Below the pieces are notes generated by a model. It had not been told where the DNA came from. It made no database searches and saw nothing but the letters and a program-made list of their open reading frames with translations. From NCBI GenBank assembly GCA_030265395.1, contig JARFYF010000053.1, positions 19,149,152-19,213,151 of the forward strand: a stretch of DNA of 64,000 nt, in the 5' to 3' direction. This DNA is from Rhina ancylostomus. Lineage: Eukaryota. Shown here piece by piece: positions 50,546 to 64,000 of this stretch; position 1 is the first letter of the stretch, and each line of letters opens with the position of its first letter. Made by a program: the position numbers and the translations under genes.

Positions 50546-51206
50546 GTGTCCAACCTTCAGGTAGGAACAATGAGTTGGGTTGAGGTGAAGAGTTGATTGG
50601 AATGTGGAGAGGATAAAATCAGTGCTTGACAGTCACATGGGCTCAGTGTGCCGAAGAGCTAGTTTCCATGCTGTATTACTCTGAATCAATTGTGGTAAGC
50701 TTCTGTGATGATGCACGGCCATCAGAACAATCGTGCAACAATATTTGTGAGTAAATTGCTAGCTTTTGACTATTTTGGATATCTTCAAACTTTCCTCGTA
50801 GAGCACACTAGAATGTTTGGATTTGTTTTTAATTTCCTGTTTAAGAAGGATCATCAGTATTTCTAGAAATAGCAGTGCCATATTTGATTGTGCATAAAAA
50901 CTGAATCAATATAATAGTAAATTATTGTTTGATTTGCAGGAAAAGATGATTTAAATCAAATCACACTATTCTTTTAATATGGTTGTTCATTACTGTGTGT
51001 ATATTTTTAAACCACTGATTTACCTGAGGAGAATAAACCTCTTCTGGTAACTAAAATACAGAGGAATTGTCCTGCATGTATTTTAATTATTGTGTGTAAT
51101 TTTCTGTTTTCTTATTAGATTATATTTTTCTGAACAGGGGTTGACAAGTTAGGGCCTTTAAGAGCCGTCATATTGAATTTGGTTGTCCACCAAAAGAAAA
51201 TTGATA

Positions 51207-51529
51207 CAGGCTGTCCCTGGATTAAGAACACCCCAACCTATGGACAGCCCCTGCATACAAACAAGGTTCACAATATTATTAAATTCAAAAGTCTGACAAG
51301 CATAAATACATTGGTTCTTATCAATGGTGGAAATAGTTTTCTCTCTCTCCACTTTTAGTAATTGTTCCTTCTTATAAGTCTCATGTGCTTTTGATGTCAT
51401 TCTTTACAATATTGTGGAGGTATGGTTACCATATCATGTTATTTTTGTATATTTCTTGACTTCTAAATATAATCAACTTCTGGACGCCTATAAAAACAGA
51501 ACCCGTTTTTTTTACCTAGTGGTGGCCTG
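51207..51529. mobile_element. Tigger/pogo-type MITE
   Basis: TA|caggctgtccctggattaagaac ... ttacctagtggtggcctg|TA; TA target-site duplication on both sides. Confidence 0.8.
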
Positions 51530-53344
51530 TATATGATAGAATTGTTCTGTAGTTAGGTCTGGCATCCAGTTTTTCTTGCTCAATGGTCTTTACATTGCGT
51601 CTTGTATAAGTGGAATTATGTCATTGTGTAGTATTTCATATTTTACAGATGTACAGTCCTACTTGAAGCTGTTTCAGTGGCCTCAGCAATGAGGTGTTAA
51701 CAGTAGAGTGTTACAGTAGAGCATATATCCAATTTATCATGTTTCTGGTACAAAATCATCAATAGGTGACCAGAATGTCAATATCAAGTTTATCAATAGT
51801 TTGGTTTACTTGAGGTTGACAAATAATGCTGGCTATTAAACTAATTGCTGGACTTGTTATTGTCAGACATGAATTTGGTGCATTTGTCATTTTGGCTATT
51901 CTATAAATTGGAAAATATGAGTGGTTAATCTGTAGTGTATTAGCCTAGAATGAGAAATTCTTGCTCATTTTAATATCATCAGCAGTCAAATAGTGTGTTG
52001 AGTGAAGTTGATGTTACCAATGATCAACAAGTGCCTCTGCATTTGAACTGATTGGATTTATCATAATTCTGGAGTACATTATACTCTCTTCAGTTATTGC
52101 TTCAGTGAGTTGTAAAAAAAATTTGGCAAAGCAAGTGAATATTATTCAAGTTGATTATTGGCATGTGACCTGAGAAAGGAATCTAGTACTCTTAATTACC
52201 CTTCACTTTGTGTACTTGAAATGTTATTATTTTACTCACTGAAGTTCTATTCTGCTTTCTATTTAGCTTAAATAATTGAATCAATTTCTTGGCTTTGCGA
52301 GGCTGCAAACTGCTTTTTCTCTTTTAGGATTTTCCATATTAGGGAGCATCCCTTGCCTAATGGACATTTGGAACTTTAGCGGTGATACTTTTGAAATTAA
52401 TTTCTGGTGATCTGCAAGTGATACAGCTTGAGTAAAGACATTGCTTCACCTCTGCTATTTGTGACAGTACTTCAGATCACTTTGAAGAGATTCTTGAACA
52501 CCTATTGATATATTAATGGAGATGTAAACATAACATGGGGCTCTGCCAGAGGACTGCTGCCTTTCTCATTAATGTGTTTGATTCTAGTTCTGATTCTCAA
52601 CTTAAAAGAAAATATGTCTTTGCTGGTCAGATTTAACTTAATAACATGGCAAATGCCTTTTTTCAAAGAGTAAATTCGTATGTACTTCACAATTCTGATA
52701 TATTCTATGGTATTTCTAAACCTTTTGTTCATCACCCAGTATTCTGAGTCTCTTTTAAGCAAAGTAAATACAATGACTGTAGAGGATTTCAGGTTCTTTA
52801 TTAGTTCTGTGGTCTTGAGCATACAGATTTTCTGCCATATTTGTATGTCGTTTAAATTTAGTGTCTTTCTTGATTCCACTTGAAATTAAGTGGAAATGTA
52901 TAAAAATTACAGCTGTGTTGTGTAAAGAGATGGTATTTTAACAATGCATGGTGATAGAAATGAATTTCAGTTGAAGTGTTACTGTATTCAACGCAGGTCA
53001 TGCTCTGAGCAGAGGATTAATTTATACATATCTTGGGTTTATCATTTCTCTCCACTGTCTTTCATTCTGCACTGGAGTCTGCACTGCAATGTACTCTGAA
53101 GCAAATGTCATTGCACTGAGAAAGAAAATGCTCTTTCTTCTGTATTTTCATTACTATTTTTGTTTGCAATACATCACTTCATTTTGGATAGATCTTAACT
53201 CTAAATCCTGTACATGCAATTCATTAATGGTATGATTTGGATTTTTCCTCTTCAGATTTGCAATATGAAGTGTAAATGATGCTTGCTTGATTCATTTTTT
53301 ACACTTATATGGCATGTCTTTCTCTTTTTTTTTTGTTTCCTTAG

Positions 53345-53401
53345 TATACAACAAGTTTATGGAGCACAGCATCCCCCATTTGATCCCCGGCTACACAAAA
53401 A
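53345..53401 (+). CDS. TBC1D22B: TBC1D22B coding exon 2 (57 nt)
   Basis: Long pyrimidine tract + ttag acceptor; encodes (S)IQQVYGAQHPPFDPRLHK(N), versus recalled human IQPVYGAQHPPLDPRLTKN; phase matches exon 1; donor gtaggt at 53402. Confidence 0.95.
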
Positions 53402-54487
53402 GTAGGTTTGCAGCATAATTCATTGTTCTCTTGTGATTACATGAAATACCATTTTCAGCATGATGACCTTCATTCTGTGAATGTTACCATAACTTTAGCA
53501 AGTTGATAGAAAAAATTACTTGCAGTAAATGAGCATCAGCATGATGAGAATTTCATTGTTTTATGGTCATCGAAGAAAACAGCAGAGACGACCTAATAGC
53601 TTTATTTCTAGTTCAAACTAGTAGATTGGGAACTTGACTGTAATTAATTGGAATTTCTCATTGTGAATAGCTATTTTGCGAAGGCAGACCAAACATTATT
53701 GGTTAGTAACTATAATGAAATTGATCTGGCATTAATAGTGATGCAGGATGTATGTTCTTCCGAGCACCTCCATTCCTCTTGCTTATTTTGGTACAAGATG
53801 TGTGAGTTTTGAAACATGGTTCAAGTGTGAGTTTGTAGTTGCCATTTTAAGAGGAGTTGAAAATTTGTTAAAGCTTGACAGTGGGATTCCTGTTTGCAAA
53901 TACTTTTTGGTTTAGCCCTATGTAATGCTGCATTGTATTACAAATCTTAAAATTTACAGGTATATCTGCTTTTGGCCACTGTACCATCCCATTTTTAATC
54001 TGGCAACATGGATAATCTGTTGAATTTATCTTTCCAAAGCATATGTAAGCATGATACATGAATGTACTGCTGCAGATGCAGTATTTGAACATGTTCCTTG
54101 TTACTTAAATTTCTAGGATTGTTTTCTTTCAGAAGACTATTATTTGAGATTGTTTTGATGCACTGGGAAGACTTGTCAATAATCAAGGAGGTTATGCACC
54201 TAATTTCACAAATACACCAGCCTCTGTTTTGAATAATATTTTCTTAATCTGGTTAAGTCCTGGCATAACAGTTGTCTTCCACGTACAATTTTACTCACTT
54301 GTGTAGCATTCTGAAGGTTAGAATTTATGCTAATTACTACAAATATTTTTATATGAGAGTTGGTTTTCTTTTGGGAATTGCAAAATTTGAAAAATTATGT
54401 GGAAGCCTGACAGGATTGGGGTTAAGGAGTGTTTTGCTCTTGAACTGTTCATTCAGTGGGATAGTTTAGTTTTAATACTTTATTTAT

Positions 54488-54661
54488 CCAGCATGGTAAC
54501 AGGCCTTTCTGGCCCAATGAGCCCACACCGCCCAATTACACCCATGTTAACCTACTAACCCGTGCATCTTTAGAATGTGGGAGAAAACCGGAGCACCCGG
54601 AGGAAACCCACGCAGTCACGGGCAGAACGTACAAACTCCTTACAGACAGCGGCCGGAATTG
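54488..54661 (-). mobile_element. HE1-like V-SINE with CR1-type tail
   Basis: V core ggtttcctccgggtgctccggttttctcccacattc; tail gggccagaaaggcctgttaccatgctg; head lies in the N gap. Confidence 0.85.
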
Positions 54662-57600
54662 NNNNNNNNNNNNNNNNNNNNNNNNNNNNNNNNNNNNNNN
54701 NNNNNNNNNNNNNNNNNNNNNNNNNNNNNNNNNNNNNNNNNNNNNNNNNNNNNNNNNNNNNNNNNNNNNNNNNNNNNNNNNNNNNNNNNNNNNNNNNNNN
54801 NNNNNNNNNNNNNNNNNNNNNNNNNNNNAGGCATTCTCAATCCAAATTTCCAATGGAGACCAATCCACAGCACAAGTTGCTAGTGATTTGATAATACACT
54901 GGCACCATCTTTTGGGTAGGGTGTAGGATCTTGTATAAAGATAGCTGAAATCATTGAACTGAATTATTGAGAATTCCATCTTGTTGGGGGTGGGGGGGAT
55001 GCAGAATAGTACTGCTCTATAAGTACTCTAATGGTAGTGTTTAGTCAGTTTTTAATACGTCTCTTCTCTTCCCGTCTCTTTTTTTCCCCCTCTTTGCTCT
55101 TGTGTAAGTTATTCAAACCTAGATGATCTTGAATAAAATTGATCTTGGTGATTACCCAACATGTGGAGCAGTTTTGCATACAGGCCCTTTCCTGTTGCTC
55201 CTCAAAAATCTCCCATGGCCCTCCTTACGCTCTGTTTTGAAAACCACACATGTGGCTACTTCCCTTTTTGTTGTACCATCATCTTCCTTATTGCTTGGTA
55301 CAAGTCTATGAATTGTCTGATTTATGTGAATGATTGATGTCCAGTCATTAGCACAACAAAGCCTCTGATGGTGGGATGTTTANNNNNNNNNNNNNNNNNN
55401 NNNNNNNNNNNNNNNNNNNNNNNNNNNNNNNNNNNNNNNNNNNNNNNNNNNNNNNNNNNNNNNNNNNNNNNNNNNNNNNNNNAACAAAGCCTCTGATGGT
55501 GGGATGTTTATTTTTATCCAGATTCTAAAAGATTTTGCCCCTAAATGTTGAATGCCCAGTGGGTACAGGCTCAGCCACACTGAAGCCACCTTGTTCTCTG
55601 ACACGACACATTTGGAGACATTGCCATGTAGCAAAGTTACAAAAGAAAAGCTTATGCTGAAGAAATAATTTCTCCAGGATTTTCTTTTGGTTTATACAGT
55701 CTCTGAAAACTCAGACTGATGCTGGATTCCACACAGTATCTCAGCATCAAAATTTTGATTGATTTTTATCAGTTTTGGTTCACCATGAGTTCTGAATTCT
55801 TGCAGAAGGCATTCAACAGTTCTAGACCTTATCAGTAACCTATTGGTTTGAGGATAATTTCCACCATAGTTTGCTGTTAGATCCTGAGATGACTCGGTAA
55901 ACAGAAATTACACATATTTCTAAATGGAATTGTTATCTGATGGCCAGGGTTTCCTTACTGTTTCTTTGGTTTTGAGGGCTTGATATTTCTCTTCCAAATA
56001 GGCTCCTGTTTGATAGAGATTGTGGAACTTTTGGGATTGGTTGGTGAACTGTTCTGCCCAGTTTGGTGTGTTCGTGTCAATTTTTTTGAGGTATGGCTTC
56101 ATTGTGTTTTTTATAGCACTTCCTTTGATCACTATGTGTTCTCTCACTGTGACTTGAATATAAAATACTTTAGATGTCAAGGGTTGAGCATCAGTGCAGT
56201 GGAATTGATGTCTCTGCTTACTGACTCAATGCTGGTGATAATAGCTCTGATAAGAATACAGATGATAGATCTGTTGTGATGTGGAGAATTTTCTAGAGGC
56301 ATTGCAGTGATACCTCTCTACTGTCTTCAGGTGATGGTGAATCACCCATTTCATATCCATAAAGAAGACTGAGGACAATAATCAATTTGTATACTTGAAT
56401 TCTGTGGGTAATGGTCTGTGAAATAATGCTAAAGGAGTTTCCAAATGTTTTGTACCTTACACTAAACCACCTCATAATGTCCATTTTCTGACCCTAATGC
56501 TGAGTCTAGGTTAGGACTCGGTTGTCCTAAAGTAGGAAGCCAGCCACACTTTGTATCAGGTTCTGTTGCTCTGTCCATGGGGTGGCTAACCTGGATGAAG
56601 TTGGTAAGTGAAGGTAATTTTAGTTTTTCTATATTCTTTCATTAAAACATTGTTATTAACTTAAACAGTTTATATTAGTTAAGTAAATTTTAAATTTGTA
56701 ATTTTTAATTTATTTTTTTGTGTTTCATTATCATTTAAAACACTTAAAATTTGTCAATTTCTTGATTCCTAGAATGGGGGTGGGTGGGAAGTTGGTTTCT
56801 ACAAGGAGATATTAAGCAGACTGGGCCGACACTTTTGAGAATTTAGAGAAATGAGGTGTCATTGAAACATTCAAAATTCTTTTTGGGTTTGTCAGAGAAG
56901 ATGCAGTGGTGATCACCCACCTGGCCTGGACAACCGTTCGGGGCTAAGATAAGAATCTTTGGAATTCTGTACCTAAGAGAGGTGTGCAGGCTCAGTCAAT
57001 GAATGTGTTCAAGCCAGAGATTGATATGTTTTGGATGTTGAGGAAAATGTAATTAACAAAGGAAAGTGGAATTGGGGTAGAAAGTCAGCTATGATCTTAA
57101 TCAATGGTGAAGCAGATGTGAGTGGTTGAATGACCTGCACTTTTTTTTTAATGTTTTTGTGCTTTTGGCAGCACAAGCTGTCAAAGGCCATTACGATGGA
57201 GGCCTCCTGATTGGTTGCTTGAGACTTAGTCACTGCTTGCAGACAGCTCTGCTGAGACATGACCAAAAACACTAAGCAGAGCCCACCTGCCAGCAGAAGG
57301 CTGGTTCTTATTTCTCTTGCTGGCAGAAGATGCCATCAAATCATGAGGTGAAGTTCTTTGCCTGTAGAGTAATGTCATGGGATGGATTTTGCTTTGATGT
57401 ACATGGGGATGATTGTCTGGTCCTGCTGATTTCATACATTTCAGTGTGCATTTGTTGCAGCTTGACTGTCAGAAAGATTTGATGCTCAGCATGTGTATTC
57501 CATCTATTTAAGTTAAATGACGAGGTGATCTCAAGCAGGTATTGCAGAGGACTAGTCATTGTGAGGTCAAACTTTTTGGCCCCAGTCCTAGTCATACTTC

Positions 57601-57784
57601 AAAAATCATTTATAATCTGATTTTCAGTTTGTCTGCTCATATGAAGTGCCAATTAAGTGTCCTCCTTCGTATCTCAAGAGGTACTGGAAGAGGATGGCGA
57701 ATGTTGTGCCTTAATTTAAGATGGGGTTCAAGTACAAGCCACTAAACTAAAGGCTGGTGAGCCTTATATTAGTGGTGAGAACGT

Positions 57785-58378
57785 TACTGGAAGGGACTCT
57801 GAGGGACAGGATTTACTTGCATTTGGAAGGGCTAGGACTGATCAGGATTAGTCAGCGTGACTTTGTGGGAGTTCATGTCTCTCAAATTTGAGTTTTGGAG
57901 GAAGTGACCAAGAGGTTCGATGAGGGCAGGATGGTGGACGTTGTCAAAGATCTTGCTAAACTCCACATAGACAATGTTCCACATGGCAGGCTGCTCAGAA
58001 GGTTAGAATGCTTAAGATCCAGGGTGAGATAGCTAATTTGTAAGAAGTAGAGGGTGGGAGTGGGGGATTGCTCTTCAGATTGGAGACTTGTAACTAGTGG
58101 TGCGCTGCAGGGATCTGTGCTGAATCNNNNNNNNNNTATATTAATGATTTGAAAGAGACTGTAGATGGCATGATTAGTAAGTTTCCAGAAGACATACATT
58201 GGTGGTATAGTGGAGAGCTAGGTAGGTTGTCTAAGGTTACAACAGAATCTAGATCCACTGGGAAAGTGCATAAGGGAATGTCTGATGGAATTTAATTTGG
58301 ACAAGTGTGAAGCAATGCATTTTGAGAAGTTAAACCATACAGGATGTACATTGTGAATGGCAGGGCCCTAGGGAGTGT
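57785..58378 (+). mobile_element. CR1 RT fragment (host of a nested Rex-Babar insertion)
   Basis: EEVTKRFDEGRMVDV...VPHGRL...VTSGALQGSVL...ISKFPED...WLMEFNLDKCEAMHF-like phrases. Confidence 0.85.
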
Positions 58379-58389
58379 NNNNNNNNNNC

Positions 58390-59140
58390 ATTCATATGGA
58401 TCAATTCATTGCACAGTGCATTAATGTAGGTCAGAGACCATTGAGATAATACAGGGTAAAAACAATAACAGAATACAGAGTAAAGTATCACAACTACAGG
58501 GAAGTGCATTGCAGGTAGACAATAAGATGCAAGGTCAAACAAAGTAGATTGTGATGTTAAGAGTCCATCTCATCGTATCAGGGAACCGTTCAATAGTCTT
58601 ATCACAATGGGGTAGAAGCTGTCCTTGAGCATGCTGGTATGTCCCCTCAGGCTTCTGTATCTTCTGCCTGATGGGAGAGGAGAGAAGGGAGAGTGACTCA
58701 GGTGGGTGGGGTCTTTGATTATGCTGGCTGCTTCACCAAGGCAGCGAGAGATATAGACCCGAGTCCATGGAGGGGAGGCTTGGTTCCGTGATGTGCTTGG
58801 CTGTGTCCACAACTCTCTGCGGTTTCTTATGGTCCTGGGCAGAGCAGTTGCCATACCAAGTCGTGATGCATCCAGATAGAATGCTTTCTATGGTGCATCG
58901 ATAAAAGTTGGTGAGTGTCAAAGGGGACATGTCAAATTTCTTTAGCCTCCTGAAGGTGCTGGTGAGCTTTCTTAGCCGCTGCATCTACATGGTTGGACCA
59001 GGACAGCCAATTGGTATTGTTCACTCCTAGGAACTCGAAGCTCTCAACCCTTTCGACCTCAGCACCATTGATGTAGACAGGTGCATGTAGACTGCATTGA
59101 TGTAGACTGCCCGCTTTCCTGAAGTCAGTGACCAGCTCTA
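58390..59140 (-). mobile_element. Rex1/Babar LINE 3' fragment nested in CR1
   Basis: ORFs 58932..59480 (ELVTDFRK..VYINGAEVERVESFEFLGV), 58733..58984 (NFYRCTIESILSGCITTWYGNCSAQD), 58570..58854 (LPSGRRYRSL). Confidence 0.92.
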
Positions 59141-59142
59141 TT

Positions 59143-59463
59143 TCCTTGAAAGTGGCGACACAGGTAGACGGTGGTGAAGGAGGCAAATGTAATGCTCGCC
59201 TTTGTTGGCGGAGGCATTGAGTATAGGAGTTGGTACGCTGTGTTATCTTGACTGGAGTACTTGAGTTATTAGGAGAGATTAGATGGGCTGCGACTGTTTT
59301 CATGGAGCAAAGGAGGCTGGTGGGTGGAATTGTGACCTTACAGAGGTTTATAAAATTATGAAGGACATAAATAGAGTAGATAGTCACAGTCTTCCAAGGG
59401 TAGGGTAGTCTAAAACTAGAGGACATGGGTTTAAGATAAGGGGTTGGGGGAGATTTAAAAGGG
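59143..59463 (+). mobile_element. Continuation of the interrupted CR1
   Basis: SLKVATQVD..VKEANVMLAFVG..IEYRSW follows the VNGRALGS region at ~58375; ends SKTRGHGFK. Confidence 0.8.
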
Positions 59464-59574
59464 ATAGAGTCCTGCAGCATGGAAACGGGCCCTTTGGCCC
59501 AACTTGTCCCAACTTTGTTACATACCCACCATCTACTGTGTGGAAAAATCTGCCCCTCAGATCCAGCCCCTTAA

Positions 59575-60910
59575 GGATAGCAAAAACAAGCCAGGAAACT
59601 ACAGGCCAGTGAGTCTGACATCAGAGGTGGGTAAATTGCTGGAAGGGATAGTCAGCACAGCTTTGTGGATGGGAAATTGTGTCTGACGGATCTCTTGGGG
59701 TTCTTCAAGGAGCTAACAAGAAGGTAGATGAGGGTAAGAAAGTGGATATTGTCTTTATCAACTGTAGCAAGGCCTTTGACAAGGTCACTCATGGCAGGCT
59801 AGTCTGGAAGGTTAAATCGTATGGGATCCTGGGGGAGATAGTGGATTGGATTAGTAATTGGCTCAATGGTAGGAAGCAGAGGGCAATGGTCGAGAGTTGT
59901 TTCTCGGACCAGAGGCCTGTGTTTAGTGGCATGCCACGGGGGTCAGTGCTGGGATCTTTGTATGTAATTCATATGAAATATTTGGATGTGAATGTACAAG
60001 GCATGGTTAGTAAGTTTGTGGATGATACTAAAATAGGTGGTGTTGCGGATATGTCGAAGGCTCTGAAAAACTAGAGGGGGATCTTGATCAACTAGGTATT
60101 TGCACTGAGGATTGGCAAATGGCTTTCAATCCAGATATATGTGAAGTATTGCATTTTGGGAGATCAAACCAGGGGTAGGATTTGCACAGTGAATGGCAGG
60201 GCCTTGGGGAATATTATGGAACAGGGGGACCAAGGAGTGCAAGTGCATAATTTGCTGAAAGCAGTGTCACAAGCAGCCAGCGTGGTGAAGCAGGTGTTTG
60301 GCACGCTACCTTCATTATTCAGGGGACTGAGTATAGGAATTGGGAAGTTATGATGCAGTTTTACAAGACATTGAGGTTTGGAGTATTGTGTACAATTTTG
60401 ATCATCATGTTATAGGAAAGATGTTAATCAACCAGAAAGAGTTCAGAAAACACTTACCAAGATGTAACTCCGGTGCCCAAGTCAAGGCAACAAGGAGAGA
60501 TTGCGCAGACTTGGACTTTATTCCCTGGAATGTAGGAGATTGAGGGGTGACCTGACAGAGGTATACAAGATCATGAGGGGCATAGACAGGGTGAAAGCAC
60601 GTAGTCTTTTATCCCAGGGAGGGGTTGCTTAAAAATAAGAGGGCATAGGTTTAAGATCAGAGTCAAAAGATTTAAAAGGGATATCAGGGGTAGCTTCTTC
60701 ACGGAACAAGTGGTGCATATATGGAATGAGCTGCCAGAAATAGTGGCTGAGGCAGGCATATAGCCAACATTATAAAGCCATTGATATAAGTACGTGGATA
60801 GGAGAGATTGAGAGGGCTATGGGCCAAACGTGGGCAGATGGGACTAGCTCACTGAGCAACACAGTTGGCATGGACAAGTTGGGCCGAATGGTCTGTACCA
60901 TACTCTACGA
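59575..60910 (+). mobile_element. CR1 LINE, ~1.3 kb from RT to the 3' tail
   Basis: NKPGNYRPVSLTSEVGKLLE; ORF 59679..60074 VDIVFINCSKAFDKVTHGRL...GMPRGSVLG...SKFVDDTKIGG; tail gggccgaatggtctgtaccatactctacgatt. Confidence 0.93.
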
Positions 60911-61869
60911 TTTCATATTTACTGCTTTCAATGATTGGATACTTATAACTATAACCCTCCATTATGCATCATGACAGTCAGAACGCTTACAGACAACTCT
61001 AGACAATCTTGTATACCTGGAATATTGAACACCTAATCTTGCTCACGTTATAATGGCGAATACAACATGCAGGAAAAACTTCAATAATCCACAGTACGCT
61101 TATTTGGAAATCCTGATTAATTCAGCATTTATCTCAAGGGGCCCCATCTTCTGTGCACCCTTGATGTTCACTGAGGCCCTGTTTCCCATGGTCCCTTGAC
61201 AGTCGCTAAGTTCACAGGTAAATTTGTTTCCCCATCATCCATACCTTATGATTTTAAAGTTTATTTTATTTGCTCAGTCTCTGAATGAATGTAATAGAAC
61301 TTTTGGATCCTAATGCATCCTGAGAAATTAGGTACTCTGTACATTCAAATTGAGAACAAATTAAATCTTTGAATCATCTCTATAGTTAAAATACTAAGCA
61401 CCAAAACCAGGCCAAAGGGAGTGGTGAGAATGTTAAATAAAATATGCTTAAGTGAGTTACCAGCACTAAAGTTACAGAGTGGTGTACCCATAGTAGGGTG
61501 AATTATATAACGAACATTCAAAGACTTTCTTTTTGAGTGTGGTGTACCTCGTCAGGAGAAAGTTAAAATGCTTCGTGAGCAAAATTAGGTTTGAGCCGAT
61601 CTATTTGGAGAAGGAGGGCATAGGATTGATAGTATGTACAGACATCTGGATTGGTTTCAAGTTTGATAATGTGAACAGTAGCATGTTCAGGGGCCTCAGT
61701 CCCGAAATTGCTTGTGGCAAGCTAGAGAATGAACGTAGGTTAACGTAGCATTAAGAAACATGTAATTATAATCTGTGAAGTTAATTTGAAGTAGCATGAT
61801 GGTAAGTAATTTTAACTTCTCAGTTCAGCAATTGGAGGAGAAATGCCATAAGTGAGGAAGAGCTATGAC

Positions 61870-62360
61870 TGACCTCACCAAGACATTCAATTGTGTGAGC
61901 ATGGGCAGGTTATTCAAACTGCTGAAGAAAATTGGCTCTCCACTGAATCTGCTCAGTGTGATCTGTTTCTTTTAAAGGGTTAAACAGGGTTATGTTCTGA
62001 GGCTAACACTCTTTGGCGTAGTCTTTCCAGTGCTGCTGTCATATGTCTTCAGTTTATACAGAGTAGTTTACACACCTGAACCAATGGAAAATTGTTCAGC
62101 CTTGTCTGCCTAAGAGCAAAAAAAATGCACCAGGTCTTCCTCAGGGAATTGCTCTGTGCTAACAATAGCATACTTGCATTCCTATATGGACGAATATCTT
62201 CAGTGATTAAAGGACAGACTCTTTCATGCCTGTGAAGGGTTTGAACTGAACATCCACGTTAGAGGGGTGATTGTCATGAAATAGGATTCTGCCATACCAC
62301 CATTAATTAACACTGATAATTTGTTAGTGGAGGTTGATAGCTGCAATATTTGGGCTCTAC
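61870..62360 (+). mobile_element. RTE-clade LINE RT fragment
   Basis: DLTKTFNCVS..LFKLLKKIGSP...VKQGYVL..TLFG...NGKLFSL..LRAK...RELLCANN (decayed FADD)...YLGS. Confidence 0.8.
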
Positions 62361-63084
62361 NNNNNNNNNNNNNNNNNNNNNNNNNNNNNNNNNNNNNNNN
62401 NNNNNNNNNNNNNNNNNNNNNNNNNNNNNNNNNNNNNNNNNNNNNNNNNNNNNNNNNNNNNNNNNNNNNNNNNNNNNNNNNNNNNNNNNNNNNNNNNNTT
62501 TCGAGAAAAGAAGTACATCCTGCTGTGTTATGTTGTGTGCAGGGGGCCTGGTGCAAACCCCTGTTCTCCCCTCTGCTGTGCTCTGTCATGCCAGGAATCT
62601 GGAATAAATCCCTGCCCTCTGTTGGCACTCTTCCAGCAATAGTATCCCCATAGAATAGTACAAGGAGGTTTGTCAGGGTTGGCGGTGAGCAGGTTTGGGT
62701 GAGCGATGTGACTGCTGAGCACTGAGATATGGGGCTTCATGATGCATCCTTGCAGGCAAAGTGAGTTCAGGCACTTGGAAGGTACTGACAGCAGCTGCTC
62801 CTTGTATTGACAGACCACCTGGATCCTATGGCCTCTCTCACGACACCCAAATTTGGAGATATTTTTGTGGCAAGATGGTCAGTCACCACATACCAGTGCT
62901 ACTGTGCTGGGATCATGCTACTTGATTCACACCAGATTTAGCAATGATCTGCAACAGGAGGGCAGGGGTTCATACCAATATCCCAGCATGCAGGTTCCCA
63001 GTACAGCAATGGCAAAGGCAGAAGTTCTTGCACAGCAACACTTTCAGAAATACATCTCTGTATAGGTAATGCTGTAATTATCCA

Positions 63085-63965
63085 GGGATTTAAACAGCCC
63101 TTCCAAGTGAGGGAGAAATTCACATGCATCTTTTCCAATCTTGTCTATTGCATTCAGCATTCTCAATGTGGCCTCCTCCACATTGGTGAGACCAAGTGCA
63201 GACTAGTTGGCTGCTTTGTTGAGCAACTACACTCTGTCTGCTGTCTGTTGAACTCCCAGTTGCAAGCCATTTTAACTCCCCTCCTCATTCCCACCCCATT
63301 GCACATGGTCCTCCGCCTCCACCACTGCCAGGCTGAGGCCAAACAGAAGACGAGAGTAACAGCACCTTGTTTTCCACATGGGTTGTCTACAACCTGATGG
63401 CATGAACATTGAATTCTCCATTTGCAGATAACTCACACCTGGTCTGTTCCTTTCTCTCTTTCTTATTCGCCCAGGTCCTTTCACACACTTGCTTCTTTCC
63501 AAACTCTTCCGCTACCTGGTTCCATCTGCCTATCACACATTTGCCCCACTGGGTCCCTTATCCCTTCCCCTAGTGTTCTCATCTGCCCACCATTCCTCCC
63601 TTATCTGGTTCCACTCAGCATTTTCCTTTCTTAACTGATCCCGTTACCTGCAGCCCTTTTGACCCCAATTATCACCCCCCCCAATTCTATTGCTGTTTCC
63701 ACTCTTCCCTCCACCAACTGGCTCCATCTGTGCATAAACCCCTCCTTGCCTGAATCCACATCACTTGCCAGTTCCTGCTTCATCCCACATTCTTTCTCTT
63801 CCCAGCCCCACACCCCCCTTCCCCAAACTCACCTCCTTATACTGGCTATCTCCCCTTTACACACTCATTCTGATGTACAGTCATGACTTGTAGTGTTGTC
63901 TATCCCTTCGCCTCCACTGATGCTGCCTGACCCGCTGAGTTCCTCCTGCAGCTTGTTTTTTTTGC
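63085..63965 (+). mobile_element. Penelope-like element 3' part (GIY-YIG endonuclease, pyrimidine-rich tract, terminal repeat)
   Basis: ORF 63107..63397 FTCIFSNLVYCIQHSQCGLLHIGETKCRL..FVEQL is a GIY-YIG motif (VYCI..YIGET); terminus gatgctgcctgacccgctgagttcctcc. Confidence 0.88.
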
Positions 63966-64000
63966 TGTCATTTCCCATATTACCACAGCGATCATTAGTG

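Noticed and set aside
47195-53401. Alternative assignment to the paralog TBC1D22A
   Set aside because: N-terminal length (MANENRRQFWKRNSKVPGS) and the DPRL.KN ending fit 22B better than 22A (MASDGARKQFWKRSNSKLPGS, DPLLHG), from recalled sequences.
57287-57326. 9-bp inverted repeat ctgccagca...tgctggcag
   Set aside because: Stem too short for a pre-miRNA call; plausible by chance in 64 kb.
58932-59480. Longest ORF in the window (182 aa)
   Set aside because: Chimeric frame running from antisense CR1 into Rex-Babar RT sequence; not a gene.
1-64000. CRISPR arrays, operons, rRNA or tRNA genes
   Set aside because: Vertebrate DNA with no regularly spaced repeats; the tRNA-like boxes belong to SINE heads.

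Overview
AT-rich, repeat-dense eukaryotic DNA. The repeat set (CR1/HER1-type, Rex-Babar, RTE and L2 LINEs, V-domain and Deu-domain SINEs, Penelope fragments) points to a cartilaginous fish; this is an inference. The only host gene I can support is the 5' end of TBC1D22B on the + strand: a CpG-rich promoter (~46.9-47.2 kb), coding exon 1 (47195-47250) and exon 2 (53345-53401). I found no exon 3, so the gene presumably continues past the window. The first ~47 kb is intergenic and the introns are full of decayed, often nested transposable elements. Most ORFs in the track are TE fragments or noise. I did not find a convincing new multi-gene system. The best structural observations are: an RTE LINE with a twin-priming-like 5' inversion, a ~570-bp TGTCA...TGACA palindromic element, an internally deleted CR1 joining ORF1 to the ORF2 tail, a fossil Harbinger transposon, V-SINEs with different LINE-derived tails, decayed Penelope hammerhead motifs, and a symmetric CCAAT promoter with tandem uORFs. 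TE boundaries are approximate and family calls come from motif recognition by eye, not database searches.
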